In this document: piece after piece, positions 1 through 8,136 of the stretch
How positions within the stretch are numbered: the stretch's first letter is position 1
Layout of the letters: the number at the start of each line of letters is the position of its first letter
Origin: an uncultured Clostridia bacterium
Lineage (GTDB): Bacteria > Bacillota > Clostridia > Oscillospirales > CAG-272
Direction: 5' to 3'
DNA: 62,972 nt
Assembly (NCBI GenBank): GCA_946404035.1
Contig: CAMJCC010000001.1
Coordinates: 1 to 62,972, forward strand
Position numbers and translations under genes: made by a program
Notes under the pieces: generated by a model
What the model saw: only the letters and a program-made list of their open reading frames with translations
The model's database searches: none
Told to the model about the DNA's origin: nothing

Positions 1-102
1 CCCATCGGGGCGTTTTCGCTCGCTAACCCTCAGGGGGAAGGCTTGGAACGGCTGGCGCAAACGGGTAAAAGGCGGCGCAGCGTTTGGGACGCAGACCCCT
101 GC

Positions 103-150
103 AACAAAACAAAGGCGGCTTCCCGGTTGTCGGGAAGCCGCCTTTGTTTA
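103..150. terminator. bidirectional rho-independent terminator after serS
   Basis: GGCGGCTTCCCG-gttgt-CGGGAAGCCGCC flanked by A-rich and T-rich runs. Confidence 0.75.
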
Positions 151-154
151 TCGG

Positions 155-1447
155 TTACTTTTTCTTCGGGATCAAAAGTTCCTTGCCGCCCATGTAGGGA
201 CGGAGCGCGACGGGGATCTTGACCGTGCCGTCGGCTTGCAGGTTGTTTTCGAGGAACGCGATCAGCATCCGGGGAGGAGCGACCACGGTATTGTTCAGCG
301 TGTGGGCAAAATACTTGCTGCCGTCCTGTCCGTTCACGCGGATCCTCAACCGACGCGCCTGCGCATCACCGAGGTTGGAACAGGAGCCGACCTCAAAATA
401 TTTTTTCTGCCGGGGCGACCACGCCTCGACGTCGACGCTCTTGACCTTGAGATCCGCGAGGTCGCCGGAGCAGCACTCCAGCGTGCGGACCGGGATATCG
501 AGCGAGCGGAACAGGTCGACGGTGTTCTTCCAGAGCCGGTCGAACCAGACCGGGCTCTCCTCGGGACGGCAGACCACGATCATCTCCTGTTTTTCGAACT
601 GGTGGATGCGGTAGACGCCGCGCTCCTCGATGCCGTGCGCGCCCTTTTCCTTGCGGAAGCAGGGGGAGTAACTGGTCAGGGTGTAGGGGAGATCCTCCTC
701 TTTCAAGATCTGGTCGATGAACTTGCCGATCATCGAATGCTCGCTGGTGCCGATGAGGTAGAGGTCCTCGCCCTCGATCTTGTACATCATCGCGTCCATC
801 TCGGCAAAGCTCATGACCCCGGTCACGACGTCGGAGCGGATCATAAACGGCGGGACGCAGTAGGTGAAGCCGCGGTCGATCATAAAGTCGCGGGCGTAGG
901 AGATGACGGCGGAATGCACGCGGGCGACGTCGCCCATCAGGTAGTAGAAGCCGTTGCCAGCGACCCGGCGCGCGCTGTCGAGGTCGATGCCCGCAAAACT
1001 CTCCATAATGTCGGTGTGGTACGGGATCTCGAAATCGGGGACGACCGGCTCGCCGAAACGCTCGCGCTCGACGTTCTCGCTGTCGTCACGGCCCACGGGG
1101 ACCGACGGGTCGATGATGTTCGGGATGGTCATCATATCCCGCCTGATCTTCTCCTCGAGTTCTGCGCACTCGGCTTCGAGCGCGGCAAGGCGCTCCGCCT
1201 GCTCCGAGACCTGCTTTTTCGCCGCCTCGGCTTCCTCGCGCTTGCCCTGCCCCATCAGGACGCCGATCTGCTTCGAGATGCGGTTGCGGTCGGCGCGGAT
1301 GTCGTCGCCCTCTTTCTTGGCGGCGCGGCAGCGCGCGTCGAGTTCGATCACCTCGTCGACGAGGGGCAGTTTCTGGTCCTGGAATTTCTTTTTGATATTC
1401 TCTTTGACTACGTCGGGGTTCTCCCGGACAAATCGCAGATCGAGCAT
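155..1447 (-). CDS. serS: seryl-tRNA synthetase
   Basis: ORF 155..1510(-). N-terminal coiled-coil arm (MLDLRFVRENPDVVKENIKKK...) and class II core blocks (SPCFRKEKG, GSCSNLGDAQARRLRIR). Start moved to ATG 1447, which follows a GGAGGA RBS. Confidence 0.9.
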   Translation of the reverse strand: MLDLRFVRENPDVVKENIKKKFQDQKLPLVDEVIELDARCRAAKKEGDDIRADRNRISKQIGVLMGQGKREEAEAAKKQVSEQAERLAALEAECAELEEKIRRDMMTIPNIIDPSVPVGRDDSENVERERFGEPVVPDFEIPYHTDIMESFAGIDLDSARRVAGNGFYYLMGDVARVHSAVISYARDFMIDRGFTYCVPPFMIRSDVVTGVMSFAEMDAMMYKIEGEDLYLIGTSEHSMIGKFIDQILKEEDLPYTLTSYSPCFRKEKGAHGIEERGVYRIHQFEKQEMIVVCRPEESPVWFDRLWKNTVDLFRSLDIPVRTLECCSGDLADLKVKSVDVEAWSPRQKKYFEVGSCSNLGDAQARRLRIRVNGQDGSKYFAHTLNNTVVAPPRMLIAFLENNLQADGTVKIPVALRPYMGGKELLIPKKK

Positions 1448-1462
1448 TTTATCCTCCGTTTT

Positions 1463-1482
1463 CGTTTCGCACGCGTGCGAAA
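1463..1482. promoter_or_regulatory. 20-bp perfect palindrome GTTTCGCACGCGTGCGAAAC in the serS leader
   Basis: Lies between the predicted -10 box and the RBS. Candidate operator or leader hairpin. Confidence 0.4.
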
Positions 1483-1499
1483 CGGTTTCTATATAGATG

Positions 1500-1528
1500 A
1501 ATAATAACACAACGCGCCCCGATTGTCA
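1500..1528 (-). promoter_or_regulatory. promoter of serS (TTGACA-17-TATTAT)
   Basis: Read on the minus strand. The -35 box lies inside the terminator hairpin of the upstream gene. Confidence 0.55.
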
Positions 1529-1586
1529 AGCGCCGGGGCGCATTTTCGGACTTTTTGCGGGCGCGGAGCGCTTTTCCGCCGACTTG

Positions 1587-2093
1587 TCAGTCGCGGAGAG
1601 CCGACCGGTGCGCCATCCACTCGAAGACGTGGGCGACGACCAGAAGAACGAGATAGCCGCCAAAGACCGCCGGGAACAGCGCGGGGACGGTGCTTTCCAG
1701 AGTGTCGCCGAGCGCGCCGATCAGAATGATCGCAAAGCCGAACGTCGGAACGGTCAGAATCTTTAAGATCAGCGAATAGATCACGGTCCCGCGTCCGGGC
1801 GCCTTTTTCAGGCAATGGAGCCCGATCGCAAGTCCTGAGATCACGTCGATCAGTCCGAGCGGCACCAAGAGGATCAGGATGATCGGCAGGAAAAAGATCA
1901 GCGAAACGAAGATCGCCGCCGCCTGACCAACCGCCTCCTCCTCCGTCGTTTCGGCGGACGAGGTGCTCTCCCCGGAGAAAGCGCCCGACGACAGCACGCC
2001 CCAGAACATCACGATGGCGACGACGAGCAGGACCGCGGTCACGAGATTAAGGATCCCGGCAAGGCGGGAAAAGGTCTTGGTCTTCCCTTCCAT
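1587..2093 (-). CDS. small integral membrane protein, function unknown
   Basis: Last 168 codons of ORF 1587..3164(-), starting MEGKTKTF at ATG 2093 after an AAGGAGAG RBS. Four long hydrophobic segments. The upstream part of the ORF is Arg/Gly/Pro-rich antisense of gene 2277..3710 and is rejected. Confidence 0.6.
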   Translation of the reverse strand: MEGKTKTFSRLAGILNLVTAVLLVVAIVMFWGVLSSGAFSGESTSSAETTEEEAVGQAAAIFVSLIFFLPIILILLVPLGLIDVISGLAIGLHCLKKAPGRGTVIYSLILKILTVPTFGFAIILIGALGDTLESTVPALFPAVFGGYLVLLVVAHVFEWMAHRSALRD

Positions 2094-2172
2094 TTTGAAC
2101 TCTCCTTTGCGGTTTGATCTACGCGGCGACGCGGGAACGGTCGGTCGCGCGACAAGAGGTCCGTTCGTTTTG

Positions 2173-2201
2173 ATTATAGCACCGCGCACGCGATTTGTCA
2201 A
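2173..2201 (-). promoter_or_regulatory. promoter of 1587..2093 (TTGACA-17-TATAAT)
   Basis: Perfect consensus hexamers on the minus strand. Confidence 0.6.
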
Positions 2202-2215
2202 GGAAAGCGACGCGC

Positions 2216-2244
2216 TTGACAGTTGCCCGCGCGCGTGATATAAT
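2216..2244 (+). promoter_or_regulatory. promoter of the 2277..8077 operon (TTGACA-17-TGaTATAAT)
   Basis: Perfect consensus hexamers with an extended -10 TG. Confidence 0.6.
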
Positions 2245-2276
2245 AGATGATAACGAAATGAAAGGAGGAGAGCAAA

Positions 2277-3710
2277 ATGAAAGGACGCGGCAAGCTCCTG
2301 TTCTCTCTTCTTTCTCTTTTGCTCGTCGTACTGATCACGGCGCCGCTGTGGGTCTTGCCGGTCGTCGGCGCGATCCTCCCGGGGAACAGCCACGAAAACG
2401 ACTATACCGCCGCCATCGTCGACAAGTACGACCGGCTGAACGGGGTCAAGGGGAAAAAGATCGTTTTCGTCGGCGGCTCGTCGCTTCCGTTCGGGTTGAA
2501 GTGCGAGTTGATCGAAAGCGAACTGCCGGATTATACCGCCGTCGATTTCGGACTGTACGCCTCGCTCGGGACGGTGGTGATGATGGACCTTTCGCTCTCG
2601 GGGATCTCGGAGGGCGATATCGTGATCCTTGCCCCGGAGACCGACCCGCAGCTCTACTCCGACTTTTTCACGCCCCGGCTGTTCCGCACCGCCATCGGGG
2701 ACCGCACCGATCTGCTTGCCTCCCTCTCCCCCGCACGGCGGAGGAAGACGGCGCTCGCCTATTACCCCGTTCTGTTCGACCGGCTGCGGGAACGGAACGA
2801 TCTGCCCGTCCCTGACAGCGAGACCTACGCGCGCAGCAGTCTGAACGAGTACGGCGATATGGCGCTGACAAGAAAGCGCAATCAGATGCCGGACGGTTTC
2901 GACGCGTCGAAGACCGTGACCCTGAACGTCCTGCTTGACCGGGGGTTTTTCGACGAAGTGAACGCCTACGCCAAGAAAGTGCGTGAAAAGGGCGCGACGC
3001 TCCTCTTCTGGTTCCCGCCCATCAACGAAGCCGCCGTCCGCTTTTCGGACAAGGAGGCGACGCGTTTCGCCAAAGAACTTGCCGACGCGCTCGACTGCCC
3101 GATCCTCGGAGACGTTCGCGACACGGTGTACGAGCCGGGCTACTTTTACGACACCAACTATCACTTAAACGACGACGGTGCGGTGATGCACACCGCGACG
3201 ACGATCAAAAAGATCAAGGACTATCTCGGACTTGACCCGACGGTCGCTTTCTACGTTCCCCCCGCGCCGGAGTACGGGTACTCCGGGGAGATCACGACCG
3301 ACGGCACGTTCCTTTTCCAGGGTCCGTCCAGCGACGGCGAGGCGTACGCGCTCTACGGCGTTGAGGACGGGGTCCGCGCCGCGCTGACCGACGTGACCAT
3401 CCCCGCGACCTACAACGGGCTGCCGGTCCGCGATATCCTGTCCGAGTGTTTTATGGGATGCAAGAACATGACCTCCCTGACCATCCCCGAAAGCGTGATC
3501 GCGCTGGGATCCGACGTGTTCGTCGGGTGCGGAAAACTGACCGCGATCAAACTCAAGGGGACCAGTCCGTTCGGTCTTCCGGACGAGGACGCGTTCATGG
3601 GCGCCTCTCCCTCCCTGAAGATCTATTACCCGCGGACGGCGGGCAACGCCTACACGGGCGGATACACCTGGCCGAACTATCAGTCGCTCCTTGCTCCCTA
3701 CGACCCCTGA
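2277..3710 (+). CDS. membrane-anchored SGNH/DltD-like protein with C-terminal BspA-type leucine-rich repeats
   Basis: AAAGGAGGAG RBS and an N-terminal TM helix. SGNH-like blocks (VFVGGSS, DTNYHLNDDG). C-terminal repeats TIPATYNGLPV...CKNMTSLTIPESVIALGSDVFVGCGKLTAIKL are typical of BspA-type LRRs. Confidence 0.6.
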   Translation: MKGRGKLLFSLLSLLLVVLITAPLWVLPVVGAILPGNSHENDYTAAIVDKYDRLNGVKGKKIVFVGGSSLPFGLKCELIESELPDYTAVDFGLYASLGTVVMMDLSLSGISEGDIVILAPETDPQLYSDFFTPRLFRTAIGDRTDLLASLSPARRRKTALAYYPVLFDRLRERNDLPVPDSETYARSSLNEYGDMALTRKRNQMPDGFDASKTVTLNVLLDRGFFDEVNAYAKKVREKGATLLFWFPPINEAAVRFSDKEATRFAKELADALDCPILGDVRDTVYEPGYFYDTNYHLNDDGAVMHTATTIKKIKDYLGLDPTVAFYVPPAPEYGYSGEITTDGTFLFQGPSSDGEAYALYGVEDGVRAALTDVTIPATYNGLPVRDILSECFMGCKNMTSLTIPESVIALGSDVFVGCGKLTAIKLKGTSPFGLPDEDAFMGASPSLKIYYPRTAGNAYTGGYTWPNYQSLLAPYDP

Positions 3711-3749
3711 CGCGACCCTTTTTCATTTCGCGACGAAAGGTGCAAAATA

Positions 3750-6359
3750 ATGAAACCGCTGAACAAGTATCTGTTCCTTTTGATCCTTTTGCTGCTCGCC
3801 CTGTCGGTTTTGGCGGGGTGCTCGATGGTGTCGGTGGACGGCGAACGAACCGACGAAGCGGCGTCCGACGAGGCGGCGATCGTATCCGCCGAGGGTTTTA
3901 CCGTCAACGGGACCAGTCTGTCGCTCACCGTCCCGAACGCGACGGCCTCCCTCGCTTTTGCCGAGAAGATCACGGTCAGCGAGGGCGCGACCTGGAAGAT
4001 CACGGCGAACGGATCGAGCAAGAATAAAACCGTCGACCTTTCGACGGGCGACAATACTTTCTCGATCGTCGTGACCTCCGAGAGCCGGGCAAACACCGCG
4101 ACCTATACCGTCACGGTGCGGCGCAGACCGCTCTACACCGTTACGTTCGATACCGACGGCGGATCGACCGTCGCCTCCGCGCAGGTGGAGGAGGGCGCCG
4201 CGATCCCCTCTCCCGCCGACCCGACCAAACGCGGCTACGAATTTGCGGGATGGGACCGCGATCTCTCGACCCCCGTCGAAAGCAACCTGACCGTGACCGC
4301 CGGCTGGACGGTGATCCGGTACAACATCCGCTACGAACTGAACGGCGGGACCAACGCGCAGGGCAACCCCGCGACCTACACGGTCGAGGACGCGATCGCG
4401 CTGCAAGCCCCGACAAAAGGCGACCGGGAGTTCCTCGGCTGGTCGGACGGCGGGGTCATCCCCGTCGGCTCAACGGGGGATAAGACCTTTACCGCGAACT
4501 GGATGACCGACACCGACGCCTACTATACCGTCGAACACTATCTGGAAAACAAGGCGGGGACGGGATACGACAAGGTTTCAAACGCCACCGAAAAGAAAGC
4601 CGGACAGATCGGTTCGCACGTGACGGCAGACGGCAAATCTTTCGAGCACTACGCCTACGCCCCCGGCAAAAGCATCGCCGCGGGGGATATCGCCTCCGAC
4701 GGTTCCCTGATCTTGAAACTCTACTACGACCGGGTCAGCTACACCGTCACGTTCAAGGGCGACGGCGGGACCCTGACCGCGGGCAACGCGACCCCCTCCG
4801 TGCGGTACGGCAACGCCCTGCAAAGTTATCCGACCTTTGCCCGCGACGGGTACGCGTTCGCGGGATGGGACGACGTTTCGGGGTGCGGTTCGGTCGAGGG
4901 CGACCTGACGGTCCACGCGCTCTGGACGGCGACGAGCGAGTATGAACAACTGATCCAACAGGGAAAAGCGGAACTCGGCGCGACCGAGGTCTACGCCCCC
5001 TCGCGGGAGGGCGTCACGTACGCGAACCTGCTGCCCGCCCCCGCGTCGCTTTCTGCGGCGGCGTCGCGCGCGGAACTGGTGGAGATCGCGAACTACTACG
5101 CGTTCTACCGCACCGAGGAGTTTTCCGTCACGCTGACATACGCCGCGTCGAGCGCGGAGGAGGAACTGAACGCCCTCTACTACAACAGCGAGCTGATCCC
5201 CTCGCTCTGTGCTATCGCCGGGACGCTTGACGCCGGGGTGTTGCACGTCGACCTGATCTTCTATCCCGAGACCTATCTCGTCAGTCCCCGGAAGACCGTC
5301 TTCGCCGAGGTCCTCGGCGGGGAGAACGCACAGCCGAACGGGACCGACACCCTGCCGGGGCTCGACCCAGTGAACGGGATCTCGGTCTGGGACAGCGAGC
5401 AGGCGTGCTACGCGCTGTCGCGGGGCTATGCGATCGCGCCGATCGAGGGCAGCCCGGCGGCGGAACTGGTCGAGGCGGCGCAAGAGATCCTGCTCGGTCT
5501 TGCCGACGACACGATGAACGAGTTTCAGATCGCGTACCGCGTCTACCGCTGGCTGATAGAGAACGCGCCCTACGATTACGACGGCGACCATTGGGCCGGC
5601 AATTCGCTCGACCCGGCGTACCAACCCGAGATGGTCCCCGCCCGCATGGCGTCCTTCCGCGCCGAGGGTCCCATCCTCTACGGCGGCGGCGTCTGTTTCG
5701 GGTACGCGAAAGCGGCGGAACTGCTCCTCGGCTTGGAGGGGATGCGGGTCCGGCGCGTGGTCTCGTTTGCGATCGACGGCTATCTGGAATACACGCCGGG
5801 ACGTTCCTGGGTCTACGGCGGGACCATTCAGGTCCACTCCTACAACTATTTCCGGGTCGACGGGTACGATTACCTCTTCGATCTCTCATTCGGAAAGGAC
5901 AGTTCCAAGACGGTCAGCGACAGCACGACGGGACAGAACGTGAAGATCGCGGTCACAAAAGACTTCTGCGTCGGGCTCTCCAAAGCCGAGCAGACCACTT
6001 TCTACTCCGAGTTCCCGACCGATATCTTCTGCACGTCCGCGGAATACAATCCCGGCTCCTACCACTATCTCTCGGACATCACCTACGACGGGGAGCACGT
6101 TCTGCTCCTGTCCTCGCCGGCGGAGGCGCAGACCTACTATACCTACCTGCAAAACAACGTCTTCAACGGCGACCCCGCGTTCCGGACGGTCACCCTGTTT
6201 TACGCGAACGTCAGCGTTTCCCAGTGGAACGCGCAGTACAGAGCGGGGCTGCTCTCGTTTCTGAACTCAACGGGCGTTCCCTACTCGACCCCCAACCCCG
6301 TTGCGGCGGGTGATCGGGCGGGCGGCGGCGTCCGGGTCGTCATCGCATTCGGAAAATGA
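3750..6359 (+). CDS. surface lipoprotein: cadherin-like/InlB B-repeat stalk plus transglutaminase-like C-terminal domain
   Basis: Lipobox LSVLAGC. Repeats of the form TVTFDTDGG...GYEFAGWD (Listeria-Bacteroides type). A Cys-His-Asp triad is present (GVCFGYAKAAELL, VHSYNYFRV, YLFDLSF). Confidence 0.8.
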   Translation: MKPLNKYLFLLILLLLALSVLAGCSMVSVDGERTDEAASDEAAIVSAEGFTVNGTSLSLTVPNATASLAFAEKITVSEGATWKITANGSSKNKTVDLSTGDNTFSIVVTSESRANTATYTVTVRRRPLYTVTFDTDGGSTVASAQVEEGAAIPSPADPTKRGYEFAGWDRDLSTPVESNLTVTAGWTVIRYNIRYELNGGTNAQGNPATYTVEDAIALQAPTKGDREFLGWSDGGVIPVGSTGDKTFTANWMTDTDAYYTVEHYLENKAGTGYDKVSNATEKKAGQIGSHVTADGKSFEHYAYAPGKSIAAGDIASDGSLILKLYYDRVSYTVTFKGDGGTLTAGNATPSVRYGNALQSYPTFARDGYAFAGWDDVSGCGSVEGDLTVHALWTATSEYEQLIQQGKAELGATEVYAPSREGVTYANLLPAPASLSAAASRAELVEIANYYAFYRTEEFSVTLTYAASSAEEELNALYYNSELIPSLCAIAGTLDAGVLHVDLIFYPETYLVSPRKTVFAEVLGGENAQPNGTDTLPGLDPVNGISVWDSEQACYALSRGYAIAPIEGSPAAELVEAAQEILLGLADDTMNEFQIAYRVYRWLIENAPYDYDGDHWAGNSLDPAYQPEMVPARMASFRAEGPILYGGGVCFGYAKAAELLLGLEGMRVRRVVSFAIDGYLEYTPGRSWVYGGTIQVHSYNYFRVDGYDYLFDLSFGKDSSKTVSDSTTGQNVKIAVTKDFCVGLSKAEQTTFYSEFPTDIFCTSAEYNPGSYHYLSDITYDGEHVLLLSSPAEAQTYYTYLQNNVFNGDPAFRTVTLFYANVSVSQWNAQYRAGLLSFLNSTGVPYSTPNPVAAGDRAGGGVRVVIAFGK

Positions 6360-6370
6360 AAGGTACGCAA

Positions 6371-8077
6371 ATGAAACGATCCGCACCAATCGCCCTCGTC
6401 GCGGCGCTCCTCGCCCTGTCGACGCTGTTTTCGGGTTGTTCTTTGGTCTCGGTCGTCGACACGGCGAGCGCCGAGAGCGAACCGGCAGAGACCGTTGTCA
6501 CGACGGCGAATACCACTGTGCAGACCACCGAGGCGACGACGGCGCAAACCACGGCGGAAGAAGTGCCAGAGCCCGAGCCGGAACCCGTGATCCTCGGGAC
6601 CCATCTTCGGACCGCGCCCGACGTCTCCTACGTGGCGACGCCCTACGCGACGCAGTCGGATAAGTACACCGCCAAGATCCTGCAAAAGGCGCTCGCCACC
6701 TCCGGCGCGAAGATCGTCAATATGCCGTCGCGCGAGGGGGTCGAATACCCGCGGAAACTCCCCGCCCCCGCCAGTCTGACCCGGGCGAACAGCCGCGACG
6801 AACTGGTGAAGATCGTGAACTGGCACGCGTTCTACCGTGAGAGCGGGTTTTCGGTCACCCTCGGCTACGCGGCGAGCGACGTCGAGGCGGAGCTCAACTA
6901 TCTCTGGCGGCACAGCGACCTGCTCGCCTCCCAATGCTCGCTGTTCGGCTCGCTCCAAAACGGGGTCATCACCGTCGACCTGAAATTCTATCCCGAGAGT
7001 TATCTCGCCTACCCGCGCTACACGACCCCCGCCAAGTATATCGCGGTCGAAACGACGCCGCCGAAGTGGACCGACACCCTGCCGGGTCTGGACCCCGAAC
7101 ACGGCGTGTCGGTCTGGGACAGCGAACAGGCGTGCTACGCGCTGGCAAACGGCTACAAGATCGCGCCCATCCCGGGCAGTCCGGCGGAAAGTCTCGTGAA
7201 CACGGCGAAAACCATCCTTGCCGGGATGATCGACGACACGATGACCGAGTGGCAGATCGCCTACCGCGTTTACGTCTGGCTGGTGGACCACGCCGCCTAC
7301 GACCAGGCGGAGCATTGGGCGGACGGCGAGACGCTCGACAAATCCGACGTCGCAAAGGAGTCCGAGGCGGTCTCCTCGCGGGTGATCGGTTTCAGGGCGG
7401 AGGGTCCGCTGCTCTACGGGGTCGGCGCGTGCTTCGGATTTGCGAAAGCGTCGGTTTTGCTCCTGGGGCTGGAGGGTATCGAACTCCGGCGCGTGGTCGC
7501 GTTCAGCACCAAGTTGCGGGAAGGTCGTTCGTGCATCCTGAAAGACGGAGAAAGCATCGCGATCCACTCCTATCTGTACCTTCGGATCGGCGGGTACGAC
7601 TACATCTTTGATCCCACCTTCGTCGGCGAGACCAAGCAGACGATCGGGGGCGTCAATATCAGCATTTTCCGCGATTTTTCGATCGGGATGTCCTTTACGG
7701 AACACCGCAAGATCTTCGGCACCCACTACTCGAAACCGGACTTTTACTCGGAGACCGACGCGTACAGGCCCGCGTCGTACAACTACCTGATCGAGTTGGG
7801 TTACGACAAGTATCACGATCAGGTGCTGTCCACCCAGGCGGAGGCAAAGCACTACTACGACTACCTGCTTGAAACCGTTTTCTCCCAACCCGCCGAATAC
7901 CGGACGGTCACGCTGTTCTACGGGAACATCACCGTGTCGGACTGGAGCAAAGTGTTCCGAACGCAACTCCTGGAGTTCCTTGCCAAGACGGGCGTTCCCT
8001 GTTCGACCCCCAACCCCCAGGCGTACAACCGCCAGGGCGTGAGCGGCGTGTCGGTGGTCCTGGTCTTCGGGAAATAA
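6371..8077 (+). CDS. transglutaminase-like lipoprotein, tandem paralog of the C-terminal half of 3750..6359
   Basis: ORF 6356..8077. Preferred start is ATG 6371 (GAAAGG RBS), giving MKRSAPIALVAALLALSTLFSGC with a lipobox. About 440 aa are collinear with the upstream gene (PSREGVxY..LPAPASL, GACFGFAKASVLL, IHSYLYLRI, YIFDPTF). Confidence 0.8.
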   Translation: MKRSAPIALVAALLALSTLFSGCSLVSVVDTASAESEPAETVVTTANTTVQTTEATTAQTTAEEVPEPEPEPVILGTHLRTAPDVSYVATPYATQSDKYTAKILQKALATSGAKIVNMPSREGVEYPRKLPAPASLTRANSRDELVKIVNWHAFYRESGFSVTLGYAASDVEAELNYLWRHSDLLASQCSLFGSLQNGVITVDLKFYPESYLAYPRYTTPAKYIAVETTPPKWTDTLPGLDPEHGVSVWDSEQACYALANGYKIAPIPGSPAESLVNTAKTILAGMIDDTMTEWQIAYRVYVWLVDHAAYDQAEHWADGETLDKSDVAKESEAVSSRVIGFRAEGPLLYGVGACFGFAKASVLLLGLEGIELRRVVAFSTKLREGRSCILKDGESIAIHSYLYLRIGGYDYIFDPTFVGETKQTIGGVNISIFRDFSIGMSFTEHRKIFGTHYSKPDFYSETDAYRPASYNYLIELGYDKYHDQVLSTQAEAKHYYDYLLETVFSQPAEYRTVTLFYGNITVSDWSKVFRTQLLEFLAKTGVPCSTPNPQAYNRQGVSGVSVVLVFGK

Positions 8078-8128
8078 AAACAAAAAATGAGCCGCGCCGG
8101 AATTCCGGCGCGGCTGTTTTTCTGTTTT
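8078..8128. terminator. bidirectional terminator between convergent genes
   Basis: AGCCGCGCCGG-aatt-CCGGCGCGGCT with an upstream A-run and a downstream T-run. Confidence 0.8.
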
Positions 8129-8136
8129 GGAAAGGA

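Noticed and set aside
236-1504. 422-aa ORF on the plus strand opposite serS, with nested ORFs 219..614 and 954..1496.
   Set aside because: Arg/Asp/Gly/Val-rich low-complexity translation. It is exactly antisense to a clearly recognisable serS, which is typical of open antisense frames in GC-rich DNA.
1448-1586. Expected T-box riboswitch upstream of serS.
   Set aside because: The space is too short (~140 nt, of which ~60 nt is leader), and I could not find a T-box consensus (AAxxGGGTGGTACCGCG-like) or a specifier-loop architecture.
2094-3164. N-terminal ~357 codons of the 525-aa ORF 1587..3164(-).
   Set aside because: The composition is Arg/Gly/Pro-rich and antisense to gene 2277..3710. A good RBS and ATG at 2093 start the plausible 168-aa membrane protein.
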